Of a stretch of DNA of 64,000 bases, positions 29,751-42,170 are shown in pieces; position 1 is the first letter of the stretch, and each line of letters opens with the position of its first letter. Made by a program: the position numbers and the translations under genes. Origin of the DNA: Nitrospinota bacterium (GTDB lineage: Bacteria; Nitrospinota_A; UBA7883; JACRGQ01); the NCBI GenBank assembly GCA_016212275.1, contig JACRGR010000017.1, positions 25,316 to 89,315 on the forward strand. The letters run 5' to 3'. The notes beneath the pieces were generated by a model. That model ran no database searches. It saw only the letters and a list, made by a program, of their open reading frames with translations, and was not told the origin of the DNA.

Positions 29751-30287
29751 CTAAAAATGTTTCTTCAACAAGCCCTTTAGTATTTCCGCGTGGCGCGATT
29801 CGTCCGCGGCGGCGATGCGGAAAAACCCGGCAAGCTCGTCATGCCCTTCCGCTTTCGCCAGCGACGCGGCCTGATTCTTCCCCTTGTGCGCCCCCAGTTC
29901 GCCATTAAGCATTTGTTCCATGTCTTTCTTCAATTCGTCCGCAAGCTGGCTACTAACATCTATCTGCGCTTTGATGGAAGGGATTTTGCTCCCCCGGTGG
30001 ATGAAGTTCGCCCCGTGATACGCCTCTTCGGACGCGATGCGGTAAAGGGCTTCCGCCACCTCACCCAATCCAAGGGTTTGGGCCTTCAACGCCATTCCCA
30101 TGTAATGGGTCACTTCCCACGTTTCCCCTTTTATGTTCGCGTCCAGATAGGCCGGAAGGGTCATCCCCTCTTCTCCGGCGGGCGCGGCGGAAAATTTCGC
30201 CGCCAGCGCGTAGCAGACGGGACAATTGTCCGGCGGGGTATCCCCCGTGTGAAGGTAGCCGCAAACGGTGCATTTCCACTTCTTCAT
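29751..30287 (-). CDS. Reverse rubrerythrin (N-terminal rubredoxin-like CxxC…CxxC + ferritin-like domain)
   Basis: It contains 'KCTVCGY…CPVC' followed by a di-iron E-x-x-H helix region. Confidence 0.75.
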   Translation of the reverse strand: MKKWKCTVCGYLHTGDTPPDNCPVCYALAAKFSAAPAGEEGMTLPAYLDANIKGETWEVTHYMGMALKAQTLGLGEVAEALYRIASEEAYHGANFIHRGSKIPSIKAQIDVSSQLADELKKDMEQMLNGELGAHKGKNQAASLAKAEGHDELAGFFRIAAADESRHAEILKGLLKKHF

Positions 30288-30314
30288 GTATTTTCCTCCC
30301 TTGGACCGGTTAAG

Positions 30315-30767
30315 TTAGCTTCTTGAATTTTTCGACTTTTTCGCGGGTTTTGGTTTGCAGTTCCCGCAAAGGATATTGACGGTGACATCCACCCCAAGCA
30401 CTTCGTTTTGGTTCCTGATCTTCTTCGGCACGATGTCCGTGCCGTAAAGCTCCCAGAAATCGGTCAAACCGCCGCATTTCACGCACAACAGGTGGTGGTG
30501 CGGTCTGTTTGTGGTGTCGTATCTTTTCGCCGAATCGCGCGGTAACACGGAATGGGCGAATCCGTTTTCCTCCAGCCAGTCGAGTGTTGTATAGACGGTG
30601 TTCAGCGATATGGACGGGAGTATTTCCGCGACCTTCCCGAATACGTCGTCCACGTCCGGGTGCCCGTGCATTCCCATCAGCGTTTCATAGACTGCCCACC
30701 GTTGCGGGGTGAGCACAAGCCCTTTGGCCTTGAATTGTCCCCGGAATTCGTTATGGGAAAGGCGCAT
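30315..30767 (-). CDS. Fur-family peroxide regulator (PerR-like)
   Basis: A winged helix is followed by HHH and CxxC…CxxC metal sites. It is adjacent to the rubrerythrin and peroxidase genes. Confidence 0.7.
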   Translation of the reverse strand: MRLSHNEFRGQFKAKGLVLTPQRWAVYETLMGMHGHPDVDDVFGKVAEILPSISLNTVYTTLDWLEENGFAHSVLPRDSAKRYDTTNRPHHHLLCVKCGGLTDFWELYGTDIVPKKIRNQNEVLGVDVTVNILCGNCKPKPAKKSKNSRS

Positions 30768-30828
30768 AAAAGCAAGGTACCATGGAGAATTGAATAATTC
30801 AATAATCATTCCCGGATAGGAATAATTA

Positions 30829-31857
30829 CTATTTGGACAACCGCCTCTTTATTCGTTTTATCCGCGAAAGGGATTCCTCCACGCGGGCCGCGCTTATCTC
30901 CCCTTCCCGCACCAGCGTTTCAAACGTCTCCAGAAAATCCAGCACGGCGGGGTACGGTTCGCGTATCAGCAAAACATCCGCCCCGGCGTTCACCGCCAGC
31001 CGGATGCGGTCCCGCATGGAAAACTCGTTCTTCGCCGCGTTCATGTTCAGGTCGTCCGTCACGATCAGCCCCTTGTAACCCAACTTGCGCCGGAGGGTGG
31101 CGGTGAGGAATTTTTTGGAGAACGACACCGGCAATTTGGCGTCCACTTTGTCGAACCGGATATGCGCCGTCATGAAAAAATCGGCTTTGGCTTTTATGGC
31201 CGCGCGGAACGGAACGAGTTCCCGCCCGTTCAGGGTTTTCATCGGCGTGGACATCACCGGAAGCGCGAGATGAGAATCCACCGGAGTATCGCCGTGCCCC
31301 GGAAAATGTTTCCCGGAGGTGAACAGCCCCGCCTTGCGGAGTTCCCTTATCGCCACCACGCCCAGCTGGGCGCACGTCTCCGCGTCCGTCGAAAACGAGC
31401 GGTTGCCGATGACCGGATTGGCGGGATTGGTATGCACGTCCAGCACCGGCGCCCAGGTGAGGTTGAACCCAGCCCGTTTCACTTTTCTTCCGAGCGCGGC
31501 GTAGTTCTTCGCCACCGCTTTGATGCCCTTTTGCGCCACGTCCATTTGCGCCGGATGTTCCCCGATGAGCGTTTTCAGGCGCGATACCCTGCCCCCCTCT
31601 TCGTCCACGCTGATGAACGGGACCAGTCCGCCGCAGGCATTTTTTCCTTCGTTCAGTATCCGCGCGTTCAATTTTTTCAGCGCGGCAAGCGATGAAGGGA
31701 TATTTTCCTTGAAGTGGATGAAGCCGCCCACCTTACGGTCGCGGATGAGCGATTCCAGCGCCGGGTTCCAGCCATCGCCCGGAAAGGAGATGATGACCAT
31801 CTGCCCAACCGCCGCGCGCACGTCAAACCCGCGCGGCATCCCCTTCTTTTTCCCCAT
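30829..31857 (-). CDS. nagZ: Beta-N-acetylhexosaminidase (GH3)
   Basis: GH3 N-domain motifs are present (…KGLIVTDDLNM…). Confidence 0.75.
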   Translation of the reverse strand: MGKKKGMPRGFDVRAAVGQMVIISFPGDGWNPALESLIRDRKVGGFIHFKENIPSSLAALKKLNARILNEGKNACGGLVPFISVDEEGGRVSRLKTLIGEHPAQMDVAQKGIKAVAKNYAALGRKVKRAGFNLTWAPVLDVHTNPANPVIGNRSFSTDAETCAQLGVVAIRELRKAGLFTSGKHFPGHGDTPVDSHLALPVMSTPMKTLNGRELVPFRAAIKAKADFFMTAHIRFDKVDAKLPVSFSKKFLTATLRRKLGYKGLIVTDDLNMNAAKNEFSMRDRIRLAVNAGADVLLIREPYPAVLDFLETFETLVREGEISAARVEESLSRIKRIKRRLSK

Positions 31858-31874
31858 TGCCCCTCTCCCTGGTA

Positions 31875-32927
31875 CTAAGCGACCGCTTTCGCCAGCTTAT
31901 CCGCCAGCGCGTCGAAAATCTTGGCTATCTCGCCGTCGCCCAGCGCGATCGGTTCGCCGCTGTCGCCGGTATCCACAATCTTGCCTTCCAGCGGGATGCC
32001 GCCGAAGAACGGCACGTTCGCCCGCGCGCTTTCCCTTTCCCCTCCGCCTTTGCCGAAGATGAATGATTCCTTCTTGCAATGGGGGCAGACGAAATAACTC
32101 ATGTTCTCCAATATGCCCAGCACCCGCGTACCGGTCTGATCGAACATATTGACCGCTTTTTCCGCGTCGCGCAGGGCCACGTCCTGCGGGGTGGTGACCA
32201 CCAGCGCGCCGGTGATGGGAAGGCTTTGCACCAGCGAAAGCTGAACGTCGCCGGTGCCGGGCGGCAGGTCCAGTATCAGATAATCCAGTTCGCCCCACAC
32301 CACATCGTACAGCAACTGTTTCACCAGCCGCGCCACCAATGGGCCGCGCCAGATGAGCGGGGCTCCTTTATCCAGAAGGAGGCCGATGGAGACCGCCTTT
32401 ACCCCGAACTTTTCGGCGGGCAGGAGTTTGCCCTGCGCGTCCATCGCGTGAAGCCCCGAAAGCCCCAGCATGGTGGGGACCGACGGGCCATATACGTCCA
32501 AGTCCAAAAGACCGACTTTGTGCCCCTTTTTCGCCAATGCCACGGCCAGATTCACCGCGGCGGTGGACTTCCCGACCCCGCCCTTGCCGCTGGCGACCGG
32601 AATGATGTATTTCACCCCTTCAATCGGCTTTTTTTGCGGCGGCTCGGCGTGCCCCTTTGCCTGTTGTTGCTCACCCGCATATTTCACCTGCGCCTCAAGG
32701 CCCAAGGGCTTGAGCGCCGATGCAACCTCGCCCGCTATCTTCTGCTTGGTGGCATCATCCGCGGAAAGCCGCTTCATCGTCACTTCGATGGCGTGACCCT
32801 CCACGGTGAACTCTTCCACCATATCGAGCGATATGATGTCCTTTTCGAACCCCGGATACTGAACCGAGCCGAGTGCCGCGATGATGCGGTTCTTTAATTC
32901 ATCCGATGGATTGGACTGCTGTGACAC
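31875..32927 (-). CDS. apbC: Mrp/ApbC-type Fe-S cluster carrier ATPase
   Basis: It has the deviant Walker A 'SGKGGVGKST' and a CxxC motif. Confidence 0.8.
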   Translation of the reverse strand: MSQQSNPSDELKNRIIAALGSVQYPGFEKDIISLDMVEEFTVEGHAIEVTMKRLSADDATKQKIAGEVASALKPLGLEAQVKYAGEQQQAKGHAEPPQKKPIEGVKYIIPVASGKGGVGKSTAAVNLAVALAKKGHKVGLLDLDVYGPSVPTMLGLSGLHAMDAQGKLLPAEKFGVKAVSIGLLLDKGAPLIWRGPLVARLVKQLLYDVVWGELDYLILDLPPGTGDVQLSLVQSLPITGALVVTTPQDVALRDAEKAVNMFDQTGTRVLGILENMSYFVCPHCKKESFIFGKGGGERESARANVPFFGGIPLEGKIVDTGDSGEPIALGDGEIAKIFDALADKLAKAVA

Positions 32928-33132
32928 CGGGAACCCTTTCCTTTATCGTGCGTTCAATGCCCTGTTTTAATGTGATGGTTGAACTGGGGCATCCCGAACA
33001 GGCCCCCCGCAATTTCACCAGCACCACTCCTTCGCTGTTCACGCCGACCAGTTCCACGTCCCCCCCGTCCCGCTGGAGCATGGGGCGCACTTCGTCCAGC
33101 GCCTTTTCCACTTCTTCTTTTATCGCGGCCAT
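32899..33132 (-). CDS. NifU-like (Nfu) domain protein
   Basis: It is a 77-aa protein with the 'GACSGCPSS' motif. Confidence 0.6.
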   Translation of the reverse strand: MAAIKEEVEKALDEVRPMLQRDGGDVELVGVNSEGVVLVKLRGACSGCPSSTITLKQGIERTIKERVPGVTAVQSIG

Positions 33133-33261
33133 TATGGTTTCCTCCGTATGATTTTACTGTACTCCGCGGCCCGGCGGATACCTATGACTTTTCGCACCCG
33201 CCCGGATTTTACCAGAACATCCCCGCCGCGCAGTCAACAATATATGGTGTATAATCCCGCC

Positions 33262-34017
33262 ATGCGGAAAAAGCTTATCGCGGGGAACTGGAAACTCAAC
33301 AACAATTCACTGCAGACCGGCGACCTGATACGGAAGATCATCGCGCTCACCGCCGGCATCTCCGGTGTGGACGTGGTTGTCGCGCCGGTGTTCCCGTTCC
33401 TTCATGCGGCGCGGGAGGCCATCGGCTCCAGCGGCATCGAGCTGGCCGCGCAGGACGTTTTTTGGGAAGAAAAAGGGGCGTTCACCGGCGAGGTGGCCCC
33501 TTCCATGCTCGCGGACATCGGGTGCCGGTGGGCCATCATCGGCCACTCCGAACGGCGGCAGTACTTTGGCGAAACGGACGAAACCGTGAATAAAAAGACA
33601 AAGGCCGCCATTAAGGCGGGAGTGCGCCCCATCGTCTGCGTGGGGGAAACCTTGGCCGAGCGTGAATCGGGCGCAACCGAAAAGGTGATAGAAAAACAGC
33701 TTGAGGGCGGCTTCAGGGATATTTCGGAGTTCCCCATGACGGTCATCGCCTACGAGCCGGTGTGGGCAATCGGCACCGGCAAGAATGCCACCTCCCAACA
33801 GGCGCAGGATGTCCACGCCTTCATCCGCGGCTGGCTGAAGGCCAAGCGCGGCTCCGACGTGGCCGATGTCGTGCGCATACTATACGGCGGCTCGATGAAA
33901 TCCAGCAATGCCGCCGAACTGCTCGCCTGCCCCGACGTGGATGGCGGCCTTATCGGCGGGGCCAGCTTGATTGCCGAAGACTTCAGTGCTATCATCCGCC
34001 TTTCTGTCGGAAAGTAA
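33262..34017 (+). CDS. tpiA: Triose-phosphate isomerase
   Basis: It contains 'IAGNWKLN', 'GHSERR' and 'AYEPVWAIGTG'. Confidence 0.85.
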   Translation: MRKKLIAGNWKLNNNSLQTGDLIRKIIALTAGISGVDVVVAPVFPFLHAAREAIGSSGIELAAQDVFWEEKGAFTGEVAPSMLADIGCRWAIIGHSERRQYFGETDETVNKKTKAAIKAGVRPIVCVGETLAERESGATEKVIEKQLEGGFRDISEFPMTVIAYEPVWAIGTGKNATSQQAQDVHAFIRGWLKAKRGSDVADVVRILYGGSMKSSNAAELLACPDVDGGLIGGASLIAEDFSAIIRLSVGK

Positions 34018-34045
34018 ACGCGGATTTTTGGGAGAAATGCGGTAA

Positions 34046-34438
34046 ATGTTAAGCGGTATCCTTATAGCATTGCATGTTTTTGTCGCTCTGGTGCTCATCG
34101 TCGTCGTTCTTTTGCAATCGGGCAAGGGGGCGGGTATCGGCGCGGGCTTTGGCGGTTCTTCGCAAACCCTTTTCGGTAGCAGAGGTCCGGCGAGCTTTTT
34201 GAGCAAGTTCACCACCGCCGCCGCTATCATCTTTATGCTCACCTCGCTCACCCTTTCGGTCGTTTCGTCGAAAGTGGGCGGTACTTCAATCGTTGACAGC
34301 ATCCCCGCGAAGGAAGCGTCCCCGGCGGCCCCCGCACCGGCGGCATCGGCGGACCCGTTCAAGGCGGTCCACGAAGCGCAGGAAAAAGGAATGCCGGCAC
34401 AACAGAAAGGCCAGACGGAACCGGGCAAACAGCCGTAA
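34046..34438 (+). CDS. secG: Preprotein translocase subunit SecG
   Basis: It has the 'LLQSGKGAGIGAGFGG' motif and two TM helices. Confidence 0.7.
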   Translation: MLSGILIALHVFVALVLIVVVLLQSGKGAGIGAGFGGSSQTLFGSRGPASFLSKFTTAAAIIFMLTSLTLSVVSSKVGGTSIVDSIPAKEASPAAPAPAASADPFKAVHEAQEKGMPAQQKGQTEPGKQP

Positions 34439-34440
34439 CC

Positions 34441-36065
34441 ATGAAGCGAGCGCTCATAACCGCCGTTTTGCTGTTGGCAACGGCAGGCGCTCCCCCATAC
34501 ACCGTACACGCCGCGGAAACACACTCCGCTCCGGCCCACGGCGACATGTTGGTGGAAGCCTCCATCGGCGATGCCAGCAACCTCATCCCGATGCTCGCGG
34601 GCGACGCTTCATCCCATGCCATCGCGGGGCTTGTCTATTCCGGATTGGTCCGGTACGACCAGAATTGGGAGATCGAGGGGGAACTGGCCGAATCGTGGGA
34701 GATAAAGAACAAAGGGAAAACCATCATCTTCCACCTGCGCACAGGGGTGAAGTGGCACGACGGCGCGCCGTTCACCTCCGCCGACGTGATGTTCGGCTAC
34801 CGGACCATCATCAACAAAAACACCCCCACCCCCTATTCCGAGGATTTTTTGCAGGTGGAAAAGGCGGAAGCGCCGGACGATCTCACGTTCATCGTCCATT
34901 ACAAAAAACCGTTCGCGCCCGCGCTGGCCTCGTGGGGAATGCTCACCGTCCTGCCCCGGCACCTTCTGGAAGGGAAGGACATCACCAAGTCCGAGCTGTC
35001 CCGCAAGCCTATCGGCACCGGCCCCTACCGGTTCGTGGAGTGGCGGGCGCAGGAGCGTATCGTGCTGGAAGCCAACAAAGAGTACTTCGAGGGGGAGCCG
35101 TGGATACGGCGCTATGTGTTCCGTATCGTGCCGGACACTGCCACACAGTTTCTTGAACTGAAGACCGGCGCGCTGGACCTGATGAACCTGACGCCGATCC
35201 AATATTCCCGGCAGACCGGAACCAAGGACTTTCAGCAGAATTTCCAAAGATTCAGCTACACCGCGAACGCCTACACCTATATGGGGTACAACCTCCGGCG
35301 CGACATCTTCAAAGACGTGCGCGTTCGCAAGGCGATAGCATACGCCATTGACCGCAACGAAATAGTCCAGGGCGCGCTGATGGGTCTGGGCAAACCGACC
35401 ACCGGCCCATACAAGCCCGGAACCTGGCAATACAACCAGAACGCGGTAAAATACGATTATAGCCCGGAAAAGGCCCGCCAACTCCTTGCCGAAGCGGGAT
35501 GGAAAGACACCAACGGCGACGGCGTACTGGACAAAGGCGGAAAGAAATTCGAATTCGAGATCATCACCAACCTGGGCAACGACACGCGCAAAAAAACCGC
35601 CGAGATAATACAGGGAAAGTTGAAGAATGTGGGCATTTCCGTGAAGATCCGCGTGCTGGAATGGGCGTCTTTCCTCAAGGAATTCATCAACAAACGGAAT
35701 TTCGACGCCACCATCCTCGGCTGGACCGTCTCGCCCGACCCGGACATCTACGACATCTGGCACTCCTCGAAAACAAAGGAATCCGAATTCAACTTCATCA
35801 CCTACAAAAACGCCGAGGTGGACCGCCTGCTGGAAACGGGCCGCCGCTCGTTCGACAAAACGGTGCGCAAAAAAGCGTATGACCGGATACAGGAAATCCT
35901 GGCGGAGGAACAGCCATACTGTTTCCTTTTCTCCCCTTACGCCCTGCCCGCCGTGAGCGCGCGCGTGCATGGGGTGGAGCTGAACGAAGCCACCACCGGC
36001 ATCGGCTACAACTGGCCGATGAAATGGTGGGTCCCGGCAACCCTGCAAAAGTACAAGTTCCAGCC

Positions 36066-36069
<4 letters not shown>
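34441..36069 (+). CDS. ABC transporter substrate-binding protein (family 5, peptide/nickel type)
   Basis: It has a signal peptide and the SBP_bac_5 architecture. Confidence 0.75.
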
Positions 36070-38383
<2,314 letters not shown>

Positions 38384-38385
<2 letters not shown>

Positions 38386-39212
38386 GCGCGCAAAGGACCG
38401 TCAAGGTCCGCAACGTGACCTTCGGCAACCGCCTGCCGTTCGTGCTCATCGCCGGGCCGTGCGTCATCGAGAACGAAAAGCACGCCATGACCACCGCGGA
38501 GAAACTGAAGCGCACCGCGGACGACCTGGGCATCGGCCTCGTTTACAAATCGAGCTACGACAAGGCGAACCGGTCGTCGCTTAAATCGTTCCGGGGCATC
38601 GGCATGAAGCGCGGCCTGACCATCCTAAAAAAAGTGCGGGATAAATTCGACGTTCCGGTGATATCCGACGTGCATAGCGAAATGGAGATTCCCTCAGCCG
38701 GCGAGGTGCTGGACATCATCCAGATACCCGCCTTCCTTTGCCGCCAGACCGACCTGCTGGTGGCCGCCGCGCGCACCGGCAAAACGGTAAACATCAAGAA
38801 AGGGCAATTCATGGCCCCGCTCGACATGGCAAGGGTGGCGGAAAAAGTGCTCCACTCCGGCAACGACAAGATAATGCTCACCGAGCGCGGCACTTCTTTC
38901 GGGTATAACAACCTCGTCAACGATTTCCGCGGTCTCCAGATAATGGAGGGACACGGCTTCCCGGTCATTTACGACGCAACCCACTCGGTGCAATTGCCCG
39001 GCGCGATGGGGGAAATGTCCGGCGGCGAACGCCAGTACGTCCCTTCGCTCAGCAGGGCCGCGGTCGCGGTGGGGGTTGCGGGAGTGTTCATGGAAGTTCA
39101 TCCCGATCCGGACAAGGCCCCGTGCGACGGGCCGAACATGCTGAGGCTGAAAGAAGTTCCCAAACTGCTCGAAGACCTCAAGCAGATAGACACGCTGGTT
39201 AAAAGACTCTAA
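38384..39212 (+). CDS. kdsA: 2-dehydro-3-deoxyphosphooctonate aldolase (GTG start overlapping the pyrG stop)
   Basis: It contains 'LIAGPCVIE', 'YKSSYDKANR' and 'DATHSVQ'. Confidence 0.85.
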
Positions 39213-39230
39213 TCCCCTTCCCGGCTCGCG

Positions 39231-39698
39231 CTACATCAACATCGTCATAGCAATGAGGCTGATGATGAACAACGTGGCGAACGAAAGGAAAACCAGGAAT
39301 ATCGGCCATCCGCCGCTTCGGTTCTCGTTGAGCGCGTGCAATCCGATCCCCAAGCCGAACAGGCTGGCGACAACCCCCATCAAAAACGGATATATCCAGA
39401 AGGAGAAAAAGGAATCTTCGCCGGTGTCGCCCAGGTTTTCCAATCCGTAAAGGCGGAGAAGCAGAAATAAGAGAAAGAGGCCGAATGCCAGCGCCGCAAA
39501 GCGGCGAAACCCCCTTTGCGCGTTTGATTTGGAAATATTGAAAGCATCCGCTTGCGGGCCGGCGGCTACCCGTTGGGGGTTCGCTTCTTCCTTCTTCTTT
39601 GCCATCAATTTGAACATCCGCTTCGCGCTTTTGATAAATATAAGAAGCGGGAGAAGGTACACAAGCGCGGTAACGATGACAAGCGCTTTTCCGGTCAT
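39231..39698 (-). CDS. Hypothetical integral membrane protein
   Basis: It has four predicted TM segments and no recognisable domain. Confidence 0.3.
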   Translation of the reverse strand: MTGKALVIVTALVYLLPLLIFIKSAKRMFKLMAKKKEEANPQRVAAGPQADAFNISKSNAQRGFRRFAALAFGLFLLFLLLRLYGLENLGDTGEDSFFSFWIYPFLMGVVASLFGLGIGLHALNENRSGGWPIFLVFLSFATLFIISLIAMTMLM

Positions 39699-39718
39699 AT
39701 CCGTCCCATACGTTCCCT

Positions 39719-40612
39719 TTAATACTTGCCGCTCAGCCCTATTGCCATGTACCACCCCGTTTGCGGGGTAAGGTCTTTCACCAGGGTATCGCCATGCCAC
39801 GCCTCGAACTTGTTATATAGAGTGGTGCCTGCGTCCACTGCAACCGTCGCCCATTCCACGGGTGTCCAGCGTACCGCGGGTCCCGCGTACAAGGAAGTCT
39901 GCTTTATCTTGTTGGCGGCAAGCGTTGTCCCTTCGTTCACATGGTACTGGTTGCCGCGCACCGAATAGCCGAGTCCCGCTTCAAGCTTCTCCCCGGGAAA
40001 CAGCCGCCAGAAGGCAAGCCGGGTGGGTATCGCCGCATCTATCCGGTAGTTTTCCCATTTTTTGCGGTAAGTGACGAATGGCAACGGGATGGGATAGCCG
40101 AAATCGGATACATAGAACAGGCCGAGTCCCCACTGACCGCCGTCCTGCGGGACGGTTTCATACATCGCGCCACCCTGCAGGCGGATGGCATCAAACCCCC
40201 AATCGGAAGCCTCGCCGTGGTAGCCGAGATTCGCCATAACCATCAGCCGCGCGCCCCCGTCCAACGGTTTTATGAAATTCGCGTCGAACGTGAAGGATTG
40301 AAGCGGCCCGATAAAATCCGGTTTGCCACCCTGCCATCCGGAATTGAGCACATCCAGGTATGAGTACCGGAAACCGTACATGGAATACCCATTATTGATA
40401 ACTTCGAATGGCGCGGGAACAGAGGCTTTTATGCTGTATGAGGAATAGCCCAGTTTTACCCCCTCTTCCCCCGCCACCGGTTTTGCCGCGGGTTGGGGCG
40501 CGGTGTAGCGGTATTCGATATCCACTTTGGGGGAGGGCTTTTCCGCATGGGCGTTTATGACGGTCCCCAATACAAGGAACAGCGCCAGAGGCAGTGCTTT
40601 TCGGCTCATCAT
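39719..40612 (-). CDS. Putative outer-membrane beta-barrel protein (signal peptide)
   Basis: The signal peptide is 'MMSRKALPLALFLVLGTVINAHA'. The sequence shows an alternating-hydrophobic β-strand pattern and is rich in aromatic residues. Confidence 0.4.
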   Translation of the reverse strand: MMSRKALPLALFLVLGTVINAHAEKPSPKVDIEYRYTAPQPAAKPVAGEEGVKLGYSSYSIKASVPAPFEVINNGYSMYGFRYSYLDVLNSGWQGGKPDFIGPLQSFTFDANFIKPLDGGARLMVMANLGYHGEASDWGFDAIRLQGGAMYETVPQDGGQWGLGLFYVSDFGYPIPLPFVTYRKKWENYRIDAAIPTRLAFWRLFPGEKLEAGLGYSVRGNQYHVNEGTTLAANKIKQTSLYAGPAVRWTPVEWATVAVDAGTTLYNKFEAWHGDTLVKDLTPQTGWYMAIGLSGKY

Positions 40613-40665
40613 GCGATTGTATGATATAATTCGCGGAGAAACCTGCAAAACGAGGGATAAGAATA

Positions 40666-41571
40666 ATGATGGGATCGGCGGGAGCCAAAAGGATACTGCT
40701 CGTTGAAGACGAGCCGGGTCTGCTTTACGTTCATCACCGGATGCTCAGTAAACACCAATTCGAGATCACCGAGGCGCGGAACGGACAGGAAGCCATCGCG
40801 GCCTTCGAGGAACATGAGGGCAAATTCGACGCCATTCTGTCCGACCTCAACATGCCTGTGATCAACGGCATCGAACTGGCCAAGCGTAACCACCATCAGT
40901 TCAACCTGCCATTTATCGCCTGCACATCGGGGGCCCACCCGGACCAAGTGAAAGACCTGCTTGGGTACGGCGTGCGCGACTTCATCCTGAAGCCGGCCAA
41001 GGAAATGCACATGGTCAATATCGTCAACAACGCCCTCTCCCGGTTTGAGCGGTCCAAGGCGGCCGTGGCGGCTAACGGCGGGGCGTCCGAGTCCGTCAAT
41101 ATGAGCATCCCTTCGCGTCTGGAACGTGTCAGCCACGCGGAGAACTGGATCGGCGGTATCGTGGCCAACAAGGGGGTGCCGGGCGGCTCAGAGCGGTTCG
41201 CCATGTACGTCGGCGAATTCATTATGAACGCCTACGAACATGGAAACCTGGGACTTTCGGAACAATTGAAATGCGAACTCATCCTGGCGGGACAATACGA
41301 AAACGCGCTCACGATGAAAGAGGACGAGTGCAATAAAAACATTTCCATCGAAACCTCCTTCGTGAAGAACAGCGTGGAAATTGTCGTCGGAGACGAAGGG
41401 GCCGGGTTCGACTTCAACCGCTACCTGAAGATGTCCGGCGATGCGATGGCAAAACGCCTGATGATGCCCAACGGGCGCGGCATCCAGATGGCCATGCTCT
41501 ATTTCGACCGGATCAGCTACTCGGAGGGCGGTTCGCAGGTCAAGCTCGTCAAGAAACTCGCCGACGCGTAA
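40666..41571 (+). CDS. Response-regulator receiver fused to an RsbW/SpoIIAB-like (GHKL) kinase domain
   Basis: It has a REC domain (LLVEDEP…SDLNMPVING) and a C-terminal HATPase_c_2-like region (…VVGDEGAGFDF…). Confidence 0.55.
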   Translation: MMGSAGAKRILLVEDEPGLLYVHHRMLSKHQFEITEARNGQEAIAAFEEHEGKFDAILSDLNMPVINGIELAKRNHHQFNLPFIACTSGAHPDQVKDLLGYGVRDFILKPAKEMHMVNIVNNALSRFERSKAAVAANGGASESVNMSIPSRLERVSHAENWIGGIVANKGVPGGSERFAMYVGEFIMNAYEHGNLGLSEQLKCELILAGQYENALTMKEDECNKNISIETSFVKNSVEIVVGDEGAGFDFNRYLKMSGDAMAKRLMMPNGRGIQMAMLYFDRISYSEGGSQVKLVKKLADA

Positions 41572-41655
41572 AACGATTGCGGGAACGTCCTGTTTGCCGC
41601 CGCTCCCTCACCGGTCGAGGAAGACACTCGCTTCGATCCTCTGCTTTTGCCGATC

Positions 41656-41695
41656 AAAGAAATAAAACCATCCCCGCAGGATGGCTTTATTTCTT
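41656..41695. terminator. Bidirectional intrinsic terminator hairpin (AAAGAAATAAAACCATCC-ccgc-AGGATGGCTTTATTTCTTT)
   Basis: It is a perfect long inverted repeat flanked by A/T runs, lying between the convergent 40666–41571 gene and tRNA-Glu. Confidence 0.6.
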
Positions 41696-41770
41696 TGGTA
41701 GCCCCAAGGGGAATCGAACCCCTGTTACCGCCGTGAGAGGGCGATGTCCTAACCGCTAGACGATGGGGCC
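41696..41770 (-). tRNA. tRNA-Glu (anticodon CUC)
   Basis: The reverse complement folds as a cloverleaf with CCA. It is strongly similar to bacterial tRNA-Glu (…CGCCCTCTCACGGCGGTAACAGGGGTTCGATTCCCC…). Confidence 0.85.
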
Positions 41771-41792
41771 ACGGCTTACTAACAGAGTAATA

Positions 41793-41867
<75 letters not shown>

Positions 41868-41946
41868 GTCGTAGGGGGTAATTATAACCAGACGCGCCGA
41901 TTAGTCAATAACGATTCCGCAAAAAAATCGAATAAACAAAAGAAAA

Positions 41947-41993
41947 ATGGTCGGGACGGCGGGATTTGAACCCACGACCCCTCGCACCCCAAA
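41947..41993 (-). other. Orphan tRNA 3' fragment (anticodon loop to CCA; tRNA-Pro-like) = putative att site at the left end of the ICE
   Basis: The reverse complement …CTTTGGGGTGCGAGGGGTCGTGGGTTCAAATCCCGCCGTCCCGACCA has a T-arm, an acceptor 3' strand and CCA but no 5' half. A tyrosine integrase gene lies 180 bp away. Confidence 0.5.
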
Positions 41994-42170
41994 GAAGTTA
42001 ATTTAAAAACATAACTTCCATCCTATGAAGGATTTGGATTCCCAAATAGGTATTTTGTTGAAATATAGACACTTTCAAAGTATATTGGGGTAACTCAAAA
42101 TACCGCCAGGTCTCCGTGAAGTTGGACAACTCGGTGGGAATGATGGTGGGAAGATTCGGAGTCGATTGGA

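Noticed and set aside
41947-42030. A possible third complete tRNA gene
   Set aside because: Only the 3' ~47 nt have tRNA character. The sequence where the 5' acceptor, D-arm and anticodon stem should be is AT-rich and cannot pair, so it is an att fragment and not a functional tRNA.
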